Assembly (NCBI RefSeq): GCF_009914755.1
Contig: NC_060936.1
DNA: 64,000 nucleotides
Origin: the human T2T-CHM13v2.0 reference genome, Homo sapiens
Direction: 5' to 3' (one strand)
This document shows, piece after piece, positions 1-21,825 of this stretch (position 1 is the stretch's first letter; each line of letters starts with the position of its first letter). Under the pieces are notes generated by a model. The model searched no databases, was not told the DNA's origin, and was given only the letters and a program-made list of their open reading frames with translations. Both the position numbers and the translations under genes were made by a program.

Positions 1-288
1 TCCCTGGCTCAAGCTATCCTCCCACCTCAGCCTCCCAAGTACCTGGGACCACAGGTGCGTGCCCTATGCCCAGCTAATTTTTTGTATTCTTTGTAGGGAT
101 GTGCTCTCACTGTGTTGCCCTGGTTGGTCTCAAACTCCTGGGCTCAAGCGATTCACCTGCCTATGCCTCCCAGGCGTGAACTCCCATGCCCAGCCGATCC
201 TTAGTTTCTTGATGGCACCCAGAAGTTTGATCAGCCCAGGAACCCAAGCAGCCTTGATCACCAGGGCTCTCTCCTTTTGCATACCTTA

Positions 289-634
<346 letters not shown>

Positions 635-740
635 CTAAAAAATACCACAGTTAACTATTTGTTTTTTATTCTTTCAGATATGCATTTATGTACATATGCA
701 TTATATGGACACATTAACATAAATATATTTAAAGACATAG

Positions 741-1028
<288 letters not shown>

Positions 1029-1046
1029 TGAGCCACTTTGCCAGGC

Positions 1047-1085
1047 ATGTATGTATGTGTATGAGTGTGTGTATATATGTGTGTG

Positions 1086-1121
<36 letters not shown>

Positions 1122-1130
1122 TACATATAT
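1047..1130. repeat. Compound (TG)/(TA)/(CA) microsatellite
   Basis: Read directly. Confidence 0.95.
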
Positions 1131-1158
1131 ATTTGTTTGTTTGTTTTGTTTTGTTTGA

Positions 1159-1317
<159 letters not shown>

Positions 1318-1494
1318 TAGTAGACATGGGGTTTCTCCATGTTGGTCAGGCTGGTCTCGAACTCCTGACCTCAGGTAATCCACCCACCTGGGCCTCCCAA
1401 AGTGCTGAGATTACAGGTGTGAGCCACCACGACCGGCCCACCTCAGCCTCTTGAATAGCTGAAACAACAGGCACCCTGCCACCCCACCAGCTAA

Positions 1495-1682
<188 letters not shown>

Positions 1683-2186
1683 TAGTAGATACAGGGTTTC
1701 ACCATGTTGGCCAGGCTGGTCTCAAATTCCTACCCTCAAATGATCCACCTGCCTTGGCTTCCCAATGTGCTGGGATTACAGGTGTGAGCCATGGTGCCCA
1801 GTCATATTTCTGTATATGTGACATTTGCCCTTCTAGAACTTTGATCCAACTCTAGGGAATTGGCTTGGCAACCCTTTTTAATCTAATCTCTTTGTTTACT
1901 TACCTTGAACTTTTGGTCAAATGTTCACTACAGATAAACATGACTAAGTCAAAACAGTTGGAGAAGTAGAAATAAATTCCAGGTTGATGTGTTTTAATGA
2001 ATACAGTTTCTTAATTTCCGGAGCTTGCGGAAAATTCCGGAGCTTGCAGAAACTCATAACATTTTGATAAGTAGAGATGGAGTCTGTTTTAATTAAGTGG
2101 CCAGTATCATACATAATTAATATTAGCTGTGTACACACGCAAGGGGCTTACTCACCTGCTACTTAGATGCTGCTCTCTTAGGCTGA

Positions 2187-2495
<309 letters not shown>

Positions 2496-2883
2496 TAGTA
2501 GAGACGGGGTTTCACTATGTTGGCCAGGATGGTCTTGATCTCCTGACTTCGTGATCCACCCGCCTCAGCCTCCCAAAATGCTGGGATTACAGGGGTGAGC
2601 CACCACACCCAGCTGTAATTTTGTATTTTTAGTAGAGATGGGATTTCTCCATGTTGGTCAGGCTGGTCTGGAACTCCTGACCTCAGGTGATCTGCCTGCC
2701 TCGGCCTCTCAAAGTGCTGGGATTACAGGCGTGAGCCACCACACCCGGCCTTTATTATCTTATAATTTCTATAGATCAGGGGTTTGGGGATACCAGACCT
2801 GGGTCTTCCGCTGACCCAGGGTCTCGCAAGGTTTCAATAAGGTCTCAGCCAGGTCTCGGGTCTCATTGTCAAAACCTTAGTCA

Positions 2884-3102
<219 letters not shown>

Positions 3103-3724
3103 TTAGCAGGGCATGGTGGTGCACACCTGTAGTCCTAGCTACTCAAGAGGTCGAGGTGGGAGGATCACTTGAGCCCACATGGTTGAGGCTGCAGTGAACC
3201 ATGATTGCACCACTGCACTCCAGCTTGGGTGACAAAGCGAGGCCCTGTCTCAAAAAATAAAAAAAATAATAAAAAAGATAGAAAGCAATAAGCCAAAAAT
3301 GAAAGAGGAAAGGCTTTATCACTTGACTGTGATGGTATAAGGGCTAAGAGTGGAAAAGTACTAGGTATGAAATCAGGGTAGGAAACAGTGGGTTCAAGGT
3401 TTCCCGCTCCCATCCCTAGAAGGAGGCCTTGGCAGAAGCCCCATAGAAGACCTCTGCCCAAGGCCCCAGATAAAGAGACCTAGGATCAAAGGTGCTGCCT
3501 GGCTAGGAATGCAAATGTGTTCAAGAGCATGGCCGGCCAGGGCCACTGGAGTCTCTGACTCCAGTTCCCTTCAGACACTGCAGTGCATAGGCTGGGCACC
3601 CAGTGTGGTGTGGGGAGGGCAGCTTTCCCCGAGGCCGGCCAGGGAAAGCCTTCATCATTGCCCACAGTCAGGCAGGCCTGAAGAATCTCACCTAGGTTTT
3701 CAGCCAGGACTCGTACTCCCCACT

Positions 3725-4775
<1,051 letters not shown>

Positions 4776-4986
4776 TGGTTATCTGGAAACATGAAGGAGG
4801 AGTCTACTTGAAATTGAAACCACCCCACAGGTGGAAACACAGGAGGGAGACAGATACCTAAGGTATTAGGTAAGTCCCTGGATCCAGACACTCCTGAAGC
4901 CAATCACCCACCAGCATCTCAGTACATGAACAAATTACTTTTCTTCTTCTTCTTCTTCTTTTTATTTTTTTATTTTTTGAGACTGA

Positions 4987-5160
<174 letters not shown>

Positions 5161-5421
5161 TGATGACCAAGCTGGTCTCAAACTCCTGACCTCGGGTGAT
5201 CCACCCGTCTCAGCCTCCCAAAGTGCTGAGGTTACAGGCATGAGCCACTGCACCTGGCCTTCTTCTTTTAAAATACCAGTTTGTCCAGGCGCAGTGGCTC
5301 ATGCCTGCAATGCCAGCACTTTGAGAGGCCAAGGCAGGAGATCACTTGAGCTCAGGAATGTGAGACCATTAAGAGCCTTGTGGGGCTGGGACTACAGGCC
5401 CATGCTACTAGGCCCAGCTAA

Positions 5422-5664
<243 letters not shown>

Positions 5665-5667
5665 TAA

Positions 5668-7229
<1,562 letters not shown>

Positions 7230-7445
7230 GGTACACCCACTTTGGAGAAATGTTTGACAGTTTCTTACAAAATTAAACACCATATAATCCAGTAATCCTA
7301 CTCCTGGATATTTACCCAAGAGAAATTAAGATACATGTCCACAAAAAGATATACTAGAATGTTTACAGGAGTTTATTCATAGTAGTAAAAAAACTGGAAA
7401 CAGCCCAAAGTTCATCAACAGATAAAAGGATAAACTGTGATTTTA
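7230..7445 (+). mobile_element. Old L1M fragment
   Basis: ggtacacccactttgga...tatttacccaagagaaat...ctggaaacagcccaaa resembles L1M ORF2-end sequence. Confidence 0.7.
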
Positions 7446-7498
7446 AAAAAAATAAGTGGCCGGGCGCAGTGGTTCATGCCTGTAATCCCAGCACTTTA

Positions 7499-7810
<312 letters not shown>

Positions 7811-7981
7811 TCATAGGTGGTTTGAGAAGCCTTTGAATTGGATGAAGGTGGGAGGGGTGTCAGTGGAAGGGCCCCTGAGGATGTCCTAGGGGCTGTGGGC
7901 ATGGCAGGTATTCTGCAGCTTGTCTTGTTTAAGACACAAAGCAAGCCATTCTTCACAAAGATTGTCATGATTCTGGTTTGA

Positions 7982-8291
<310 letters not shown>

Positions 8292-8352
8292 TGATCACTA
8301 ATTTAACATTGCTAAAGTCTGCATGATGAGGCTTTCCCGAGTTTACGCATGA

Positions 8353-8625
<273 letters not shown>

Positions 8626-9556
8626 TAGTAGAGACGGGGTTTCACCGTGTTAGCCAGGATGGTCTCGATCTCCTAACCTCGTGATCCACCAGCCTCAGCC
8701 TTCCAAAGTGCTGGGATTACAGGCGTGAGCCACCGCGCCCGGACATAGAGGGTATTTTTAAATGCTTTGAAATTCTCAAAGAGAAAAGGGAAAAAAAAAG
8801 TCTCAATAGGAAAAATGTGACAAACGGAATCCCGGCGACCTGTTAATGGTTAATTCTCACAACAGTGTCTCAGTGCATATCCTTGGCCAGCAGCCAGCAC
8901 CTCGGTCCCCTGGAGTGGCAGTTCCAAGTCACTGGCATGGCCACAACAGTTTCTGAACTCGAGCTAAGGACAGAACTTTGTTTTTGTCCAAAATTCCCTC
9001 ATTATTATTTTTGTTTTGTTTTGTTGTTTTTTGAGACGGAGTCTTGCTGTGTCGCCCAGCCTGGAGTGCAGTGGCACGATCTTGGCTCACTGCAACCTCC
9101 GCCTCCCGGGTTCAAGCGATGCTCCTGCCTCAGCCTCCTGAGTAGCTTGGATTATCCCAGGCGCTCACCACCACGCCCGGGTAATTTTTGTATTTTTCAC
9201 AGAGACAGGGATTTCACCATGTTGGCCAGCCTGTTCTCCAACTCCTGACCTCAGGTGAACCACCCGCCTCGGCCTCCCAGAGTGCTGGGATTACAGGCAT
9301 GAGCCACCGCCCCTGGCCCCAAATTCCCTCATTAAACAGTTTCTCTTGCAGAAGCACAATGAGTGAAATTGGCATGAAGCCATTTCACTAAATAACCACA
9401 TCAGTGAATTTCCTGGTCCTCACTCAACAAACAAAAACAACTGGTGGTTTTCCAGGCTGGTTCATTTGAGTCTACCCTCAACCAGCACCTGCCCAAGCTT
9501 CTGGCCTAGAAGAGGCACACGTGGCAGAAATACAAGCAGACGGCAGAATAAATAGC

Positions 9557-10265
9557 ATCAATGAAAAGAGTCAAACTTTGTAAAACATTTGAAGAGATTC
9601 ATTCTGAGTCAAATATGAGTGACCATGGCCTATGACCCAGCCCTCAGGAGACCCAGGGAAAATGTGTGCAAGGTGGTTGGACACAGCTGGGTTTTATACA
9701 TTGCAGGGAGACATGAGACAGCAATTAAATACATATAAGATATATATTGGGGCCAGCTGTGGTGGCTCACATCTGTAATCCTAGCACTTTGGGAGGCTGA
9801 GGCCAGTGGATCACTTGAGCTCAGGAGTTCGAGACCAGCCTGGGCAACGTGGCAAAACCCTGTCTCTACTAAAAATACAAAACGTAGCCAGGCATGGTGG
9901 CACACACCTGCGGGAGGTGGGAGGACCGCTGGAGCCGGGAAGTTGAGGCTGCAGTGAGCCGTGATTGCACCACTGCACTCCAGCCTGGGTGACAGAGCGA
10001 GACCCTGTCTCAAACACAAAACAAAACAAAACAAAACAAAACAAAACAAAAAAACAAAACCTTGGTTTAGAAAGGTAGGATAACTTGAAGTGGGAGGGCT
10101 TTCAGGTTATAGGTAGATTTTAAAATTTTCTGATTCACAATTGGTTAAAAGAGTTACTATCAATAGAAAGGAATGTCTGGGTTATGATAAGGGGTTGTGG
10201 AGTATCCCCCCCAAAAAAAAGCCTCCAAGTAGCAGGCTTCAGAGAATATATTGTAAATATTTCTT
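9557..10265. mobile_element. MER4A-like ERV1 solo-LTR fragment interrupted by an Alu (about 9750-10060)
   Basis: gaaaagagtcaaac...ttgaagagatt.attctgag.caaatatgagtgaccatggcc and agcaggcttcagagaata match the remembered MER4 consensus. Confidence 0.75.
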
Positions 10266-11124
10266 TCTTTTTTCTTTTTTTTTGAGATGGAATCTCACTC
10301 TGTCGTCCAGGCTGGAGTGCAGTGGCACAATCTCGGGCTCACTACAACCTCCGCCTCCCAGGTTCAAGCAATTCTCCTGCCTCAGCCTTCCTAGTAGCTG
10401 GGATTACAGGTGTGTGCCATCACGCCTGGCTATTTTATTTTATTATTTTATTTTATTTTATTTTATTTTATTTTAATTTTATTTTTGAGACGGAGTCTCG
10501 GTCTGTCACCCAGGCTTGGAGTGCAGTGGCGCGATCTCGGCTCACTGCAAGCTCGGCCTCCCAGGTTCATGCCATTCTTCTGCCTCAGCCTCCTGAGTAG
10601 CAGCTGGGACCACAGGTGCCCGCCACCACGCCCAGCTAATTTTTTTGTATGTTTTTAGTGGAGACGGGTTTTCACCGTGTTAGCCAGGATGGTCTCGATC
10701 TCCTGACCTCGTGATCCGCCCGCCTCGGCCTCCCAAAGTGCTGGGATTACAGGCATGAGCCACCGCGCCCGGCCACGCCTGGCTAATTTTTATATTTTTA
10801 GTAGAGACAGGTTTCACCATGTTGTGCCACTGCATCCCAGCCTCGGCGACAGAGCAAGACTGTCTCAAAACAAACAAAAAATAAAGTGTGTATTTTTTGA
10901 CCTAATTAATAAAAGTTCCCATGTAATAAAATTTTCCAAAAACAGTCTTTCAAGTTTTTAAAGATATATGTATAAGGAAGTTCATTTCAGTGATATTTGT
11001 AAAAGGAAAACAATGAACAAAACAGAGTACATCAAGAGGCTTGTTGAATAAATGATGGTGCATCTAGAGAAGTCATTAAAATGTTGAAGACTTTTTTTAT
11101 TTTGCTTTATTTTTGTAGAGATAG

Positions 11125-11337
<213 letters not shown>

Positions 11338-11705
11338 TGATCCTCCTGCCTCAGCCTCCCAAAGTGCTAGGATTAGAGGCCTCAGCAACCGCACCTGGCC
11401 TGACGACCTATTTTTGATATGACTATTTTATAATGGTAGGATATAATGCAATCTTTTGGTGAATAAACAACAAAATCATCTATACTCATATTATTTTTAA
11501 ATAGGAAAGATATACCCTAAATGATTACTGACGTTTATAACAAAGTAGTGGGATAGAAGGGGATTTCTACTTCTTTGGGTTTTTTTCTTTGATTTTCTAC
11601 AATGAACTCGTATTATTTCCTAGTAAGAATGTAAATCAAGAGACAACTTTTTATTCCATGGGAGGAATTATCAATGTCAAGAGTCAAAACAGATAAGAAC
11701 TGTTA

Positions 11706-12094
<389 letters not shown>

Positions 12095-12345
12095 TTAAAA
12101 TTGTTTTTCAAAAAACAAACATAAAAAACCAAAACCCAAACATTTCTCAGGAATTTTGTGAGGACGAATTTTGTGTGTGGAGAAAACGGACAAATACATT
12201 TCCCCATATATTTAAATGCTCAAAAGTTCACTCAGGTGCTCTCACCAGGCAATTACTATGACAAGTGATCACGTGCGAAAATACAGAGAATCTGGCTCGT
12301 TTTAAAGTGCAGGAGAAAAGCAAGGCCTTACTGTTTCTGAATTTG

Positions 12346-12346
<1 letters not shown>

Positions 12347-12390
<44 letters not shown>
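12347..12390. repeat. (TG)22 microsatellite
   Basis: Pure TG run read directly. Confidence 0.97.
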
Positions 12391-12394
<4 letters not shown>

Positions 12395-12566
12395 AGAAGA
12401 TGGGATCTGGCTCTGAAGCGCAGACAGGAGTGCAGTGGCAAGATCGTAGCTCACCGCGGCCTCAAACTCCTAGATTCAAGAAGTGATCGGCCGGGCGTGG
12501 TGGTTCACGCCTGTAATCCCAGCACTTTGAGAGGCCGAGGTCAGGAGATCAAGATCATCGTGGCTA

Positions 12567-12857
<291 letters not shown>

Positions 12858-13099
12858 TTAAGTTTTCTGTAAAGACGGGGTCTTGCTACCTTGTCCAGGA
12901 TGGTCTCAAACTCCTGGGCTCAAGCGATCTTCCTGCTTTGGCCTCCCAAAGTGCTGGGAATACAGGCATGAGCCACCGCGACAGGCCATGTTGCTGAATT
13001 TGGAAAGTGGAGCAAAGAATCATGCAAAAAATTAAGAAAACCAAAACGCAACCAAGGCGAATTCAATTGCATTTTTTTTTCCCAGCGACACTTTCTGAG

Positions 13100-14260
13100 A
13101 CACGAACCTCTCTCTTCGGCGAACCTATTCCAGGGCGCCCTTCATTTTCATTTCTTGAAACAACAGCCTTGCAGGCCGAGCCGCTGTTCCCGAGAACTCG
13201 GCAGCCACAGGGAGCAGGTTGCATGGACCCAGGAGCGCGAGAGGCCCTGCTCTGCCAGCTTCGGCCAATCAGAGGCCAGGGAGCGGTGGGCGTGACGTGG
13301 GGCGGTGCGCGGGGCTGGGCGGCGGCTGAGGCGCGTGCTCTCGCGTGGTCGCTGGGTCTGCGTCTTCCCGAGCCAGTGTGCTGAGCTCTCCGCGTCGCCT
13401 CTGTCGCCCGCGCCTGGCCTACCGCGGCACTCCCGGCTGCACGCTCTGCTTGGCCTCGCCATGCCGGTGGACCTCAGCAAGTGGTCCGGGCCCTTGAGCC
13501 TGCAAGAAGTGGACGAGCAGCCGCAGCACCCGCTGCATGTCACCTACGCCGGGGCGGCGGTGGACGAGCTGGGCAAAGTGCTGACGCCCACCCAGGTACA
13601 CCGGGCGGCGGGCGTGCAGCGAGCGGCACGGCGCGGAGGCCTGTGCCGGCCTCCTGGGTGGGACCCAGCGGAGACAGGGCCAGGGGCGGTGGGGAGGTTC
13701 AGCCTGCGTGTGTCGAGGCCCCCCCAGGCCAGAGGTCCCGGGGTCCATGTCCCATGCCTGGGGGCCACCCCGAGCACCGGGAACCCGGCCTGTGGCGTGG
13801 CCAGGCAGGTTCGGCCTGCGGCAGAAATTCATTCACTTTTCCCGGGCTTCAGACCCAAGAGGGACCTAGGTTCGGAAACAGGCCGGATCCCCCTCTCCCC
13901 CCACAGGCCAGGGCGCTGGAGAGGGACGTCGCCGGGACAGAGTAGGCTGTGGCTGCCCGGACGCCCCCAGAGCTTCCCCTAGGGCCTCAGCATTTTAGGC
14001 CTGGTTTTGGAGGGCTGAAGCCTCACCCGAGAGCCTGTGACGCATTATGTAACTGGCGATGAGCGCGCCGGCCGATTTCTCCTTTGTTAAATGGGTCGAG
14101 AGCGTCCAGCCGGTACGCTGGAGGGCAACGGTTTAGTTTTGGTCTTTGACCTCCCACGCCCACGGCTGGGGCTGCCGAAAGTGAAGAAACTAGATTTGCA
14201 GACGCCACTGCTAGTTGGTTATGAAGCTCCGGGCAACAGCGTAAAATAAACTGCCCCGAC
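13100..14260 (+). promoter_or_regulatory. PEBP1: PEBP1 CpG island / TATA-less promoter: CCAAT box (13265-13269), TGACGTGG (13293-13300), GC box (13299-13305), G-run cluster (13279-13319)
   Basis: Dense CpG and high GC across exon 1 and into intron 1; GGCCAATCAG matches the NF-Y consensus and GGGGCGG the Sp/KLF consensus. Confidence 0.9.
13461..13595 (+). CDS. PEBP1: PEBP1/RKIP coding exon 1 (aa 1-45, includes the N-terminal HCNP peptide [11 protein letters not shown])
   Basis: GCC-ATG at 13461 translates [45 protein letters not shown]; donor CAG|GTACAC at 13596; 135 nt, phase 0. Confidence 0.99.
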
Positions 14261-15289
14261 CTTACATTGTTTTGGATGTTCACAGAATTTAATTTTTTTG
14301 GATGTTTAAATATGTAGTGCCCATCTAACACAGCCTCCCTTTTCCTGCTCCCTGCCCGCCTCTCATCACCTTGGCTTTCTCCTTTTCTTTGCACTTTGAA
14401 ACGTACAGTTAATGCAGATTTCACTTCAGCAGGCTCCAGGTAACCTCCTGATCACCAAATCCAGAAACGCTGTGATTCCGGACAGACAATGTAAGGGTGT
14501 CGTTGAGAGGGGACTCAGTGCCAGGGTTGGAATCCCAGCCTTATCTGTTTCTCTTAATAGTGTGCTGGGATACTAGCCCCATGGTGTTGTTGGGACTGAA
14601 ATAATATACAGCCTGGGCAACATAGCAAGACCCCAACTCTACAAAAAAAAATTGGCCAGGTGTGATGGTGTGAGCATGTAGTTCCCAGCTGCTCAGGAGG
14701 CTGAGGTGGGAGGATCGATCGATTGAGCGCTGGAGGTTGAGGCTACAGTGAGCCTTGATAGCGTCACTACACTCCGGCCTGAGTGACAGAAGGAGACCTG
14801 GTCTCAAATAAAATACATAACGTATATAAAACTCCAGCTCCTGGCTCTTACAGTCAATACAGGGTCATTGATTTTATTAAAAATCTATTCTGTTTTGTCT
14901 TTGGAGAGTCTGAGATCAAAGAAAGAGTATTGGTTTCTTCAGCATTTCTTGTTTTTGAGACAGAGTCTCACTCTGTCGCCCAGGCTGGAGTGCAGTGGGG
15001 TGATCTTGGCCGCCTGCAGCCTCTGCCTCCCCAGCTCAAGTGATCCTCCCACCTCAGCCTCCCGAGTAGCTGGGATTACAGATTCCCGCCACCATGCCCA
15101 GCTAATTTTTGTAGTTTTAGTAGAGGCAGGTTTCACCGTGTTGGCCAGGCTGGTCTCAAACCCCTGACCTCAAGTGATCCTCTCTCCTAGGCCTCCCAAA
15201 GTGCTGGGATTACAGGCGTGAGCCACCACACCCAGCCAGTTTCTTCAGCATTTCTGACTTTTTTACTGCAAACTGGTTCCTTCATACAG

Positions 15290-15399
15290 GTTAAGAATAG
15301 ACCCACCAGCATTTCGTGGGATGGTCTTGATTCAGGGAAGCTCTACACCTTGGTCCTGACAGACCCGGATGCTCCCAGCAGGAAGGATCCCAAATACAG
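15290..15399 (+). CDS. PEBP1: PEBP1 exon 2 ([36 protein letters not shown]; DPDxP motif)
   Basis: Acceptor ttccttcatacag|G, donor CAG|GTGAGA; 110 nt; PEBP-family DPDAP signature. Confidence 0.99.
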
Positions 15400-15554
15400 G
15401 TGAGAGGTGAGAAAGACGAGAAGAGCAGGTCATGCAGAGATGAGTTATCGGGTGTAAGTCCCTTGCTGGACACAGAGAAGTAGACCTGGTTTGGGATGCC
15501 CCCACCCATGCTTAAGCCAGAGAGTGCCTTTCCTGCCCTTTTGCCCCCCTACAG

Positions 15555-16193
<639 letters not shown>

Positions 16194-16701
16194 CTCTAGA
16201 AAATGTCAGAGGGTGGGAGGGGCTGGGTCTGCTCTTCTGCAAACACATGAGGTTCGTGCTGGCCTCTAAGAAAGTGAGGACTGGGCCGGGCGCGGTGGCT
16301 CATGCCTGTAATTCCAGCACTTTGGGAGGCCGAGTCGGGGGGATCACGAGGTCAGGAGTTCAAGACCAGTCTGGCCAACATGGTGAAACCCCGTCTCTAC
16401 TAAAAATACGAAAATTAGCCAGGCATGATGGCAGGCGCCTGTAATCCCAGCTACTTGGGAGCCTGAGGCAGAGAATTGCTTGAGCCCAGGAGGAGGAGCT
16501 TGCAGTGAGCCGAGATCGTGCCACTGCATTCCAGCCTGGGTGACAGAGTGAGACTCTGTCTCAAAAAAAAAAAAAAAAGAAAGGACTGTTGTTCGTGGCT
16601 GTGTTGTGGCAGCCAGCATGTTCTTGATGCCCAGTTGCTGACTGTGCAGTGAATGTTCCCTGATCTCCTGTGGTGCTGACATCCCGTGTTTCTTCATGCA
16701 G

Positions 16702-16802
16702 AGAATGGCATCATTTCCTGGTGGTCAACATGAAGGGCAATGACATCAGCAGTGGCACAGTCCTCTCCGATTATGTGGGCTCGGGGCCTCCCAAGGGCAC
16801 AG
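16702..16802 (+). CDS. PEBP1: PEBP1 exon 3 ([34 protein letters not shown])
   Basis: Acceptor tttcttcatgcag|A, donor CAG|GTTAGT; 101 nt; frame joins exons 2 and 4; absent from the ORF track because it is short. Confidence 0.98.
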
Positions 16803-17667
16803 GTTAGTAAAGGTTGTTTTTGGTGGGAGGTTGGGGAGGGAGCTCGGGGGCACATTAGGATTGACCCAATGCTTTTCTTTTGAGAGCCCTTAACCCTGCT
16901 GGAAATAGCATCTCAGCTTACCTCTAGGGCAGCTGCCTTCAGGGCACACATTCAGACCTGCAGCAGTGTCAGGTGGCTAGAGCCTTGGGTTCTGGACAGA
17001 CGGACCCTTTGTGTAGAGCTGTCTCTGCACCCCTAGCCCTTTAGCAAGCAGGGAAGTTGGTGAGAGGGAAGCACTGTTGCAGAAAGCTTAGCATGGCCTT
17101 TTGGGGCTGCAGTGAGTGGAATACACAGTTAAACTATCTCAAGCCTTTGCCCGGGGTGATCTTTGAGTTTCTTTAAAACATTTCAGAAATGATCATAGTT
17201 TCCAAATTAACTATATAAGGTTGCTTTCTGTATTTGTTTCTGAAAAAGTCTAGCTGGGTATATTGAAAACAGATTTGGAAGACTTCAGTAGAACTATATT
17301 GAAGGCGCACACACACACACACACATTGTATTGTGTAGTATCGTGTTATAGCTATTATATATAAAATACATGTAGATATTTAGAGATAGAAAGAGAAAGC
17401 CCACCGTATTGAAACTTTCCAGGTTGGGTAAGTGCCACCTAAGCTGATGGTGAGATATGCATTCTTATTGCCTGGTGTTCAGTTCAGGATGTTTCCATTT
17501 GGTGGAACTGTCATAATCCTAGCTTTTTGTACAGCTTATCCAGCCAGGAGTTAACATGAAGAGGTACAAGAACATCTCTGACATGGACAGTTGGTCATGG
17601 GCTCATGGTTTCTCTGTAGACCCGGAAGCTTCAGATGCCTTTAAACCCTCTCACGCATGCATAGTAG

Positions 17668-17994
<327 letters not shown>

Positions 17995-18149
17995 TAGCCA
18001 GGATGGTCTCAATCTCCTGACCTTGTGATCTACCTGCCTCGGTCTCCCAAAGTGTTGGGATTACAGGCGTGAGCCACTGCGCCCGGCAGAGCTGTGTTCT
18101 CATTTTTAAAAAAGCCTCAGTAACTCATTTTCTTGTTGTTTTTTCCATA

Positions 18150-20825
<2,676 letters not shown>

Positions 20826-21609
20826 AAACAACTTTTTAAAAAATAACTTTGTTTCTGGCCGGGTGCAGTGGCTCACAGCTGTAATCCCAGCACTTTGGGA
20901 GGGCGAGATGGGTGGATCACTTGAGGTCAGGAGTTTTGCCAACATGGTGAAACCTGGTCTCTACTAAAAATACAAAAACAAAACAAAACAAAACATAACT
21001 GGGCGTGGTGGCACGTACCTGTAATCCTAGCTACTCAGGAGGCTGAGGCAGGAGAATTGCTTGAACCCAGGAGGCTGAGGTTGTAGTGAGCCGAGATCAT
21101 GCCACTGCACTCCACGCCTAGGCAACAGAGTGAGACTCCGTCTCAAAAAAAAAAAAAAAAACCCACTTTTTAAAAAAATAAGAGCTCATGGTACCTATTT
21201 GCATCCAGTACATCATTGAAGCTTGTAGAAAGCTGCTTAGTTAAAGTGAGGTTGGGTCACTTCGAAGCAGTCCTCCAGTTTTCTAAGCAAGTAAGTTTTG
21301 GAGGTAGAAAGAAAATGTTCTCCTTTATCCTAGAGGCTCGACTGTGGTATGGTGGGCCCGGGTCATTGATTTGCTTTGTCCTTAATTGGTTGCTCCTACC
21401 TGACAGAAGTGAAATGGGTGTTCTGATGGGGGGTGGTGGGTGGTGACTTGAGAAGGTCCGGGAGCCTGAAGTGGGATGAATGAAGAGCACAGAGGCTCGT
21501 TGGGAGGCGAGGATAAGGGGGTGCAGAGGCCAGATCCCACAGGCCAGGAGAGGCTGGAACTAAGGGCTTGGGCTTGACACCAGTTACAGCAGGGGCCTAA
21601 CACATTCTA

Positions 21610-21686
21610 TTAGGTTGATGCAAAAGTAATTGCGGTTTTTGCCATTAATGTGTTAATTGCCATTAAATGTTAATTTGCACCAAATA
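21610..21686. mobile_element. MADE1 (Hsmar1-derived mariner MITE), right arm rearranged
   Basis: TA + ttaggttgatgcaaaagtaattgcggtttttgccatta matches the MADE1 left arm; the right end retains only tttgcaccaa. Confidence 0.85.
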
Positions 21687-21825
21687 CCTGTCTGGACCCT
21701 CGGTGTCCTCCTTGTAAATGGTGTGGTCTGGGTGCCTCCATGTTGAAACATTCGATAAAAATGGATGATGTCCCCATCTCAAGTGCTGGGCTGTGTGTAC
21801 ATCTTCCCTCTGCCTCTCCCCACAG

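Noticed and set aside
13305-13982. 225-aa ORF extending PEBP1 exon 1 upstream and into intron 1, plus overlapping ORFs 13481-13945 and 13419-13832
   Set aside because: Stop-poor frames are expected in a GC-rich CpG island; upstream in-frame CTG/GTG codons have mostly poor context; the true donor is at 13596
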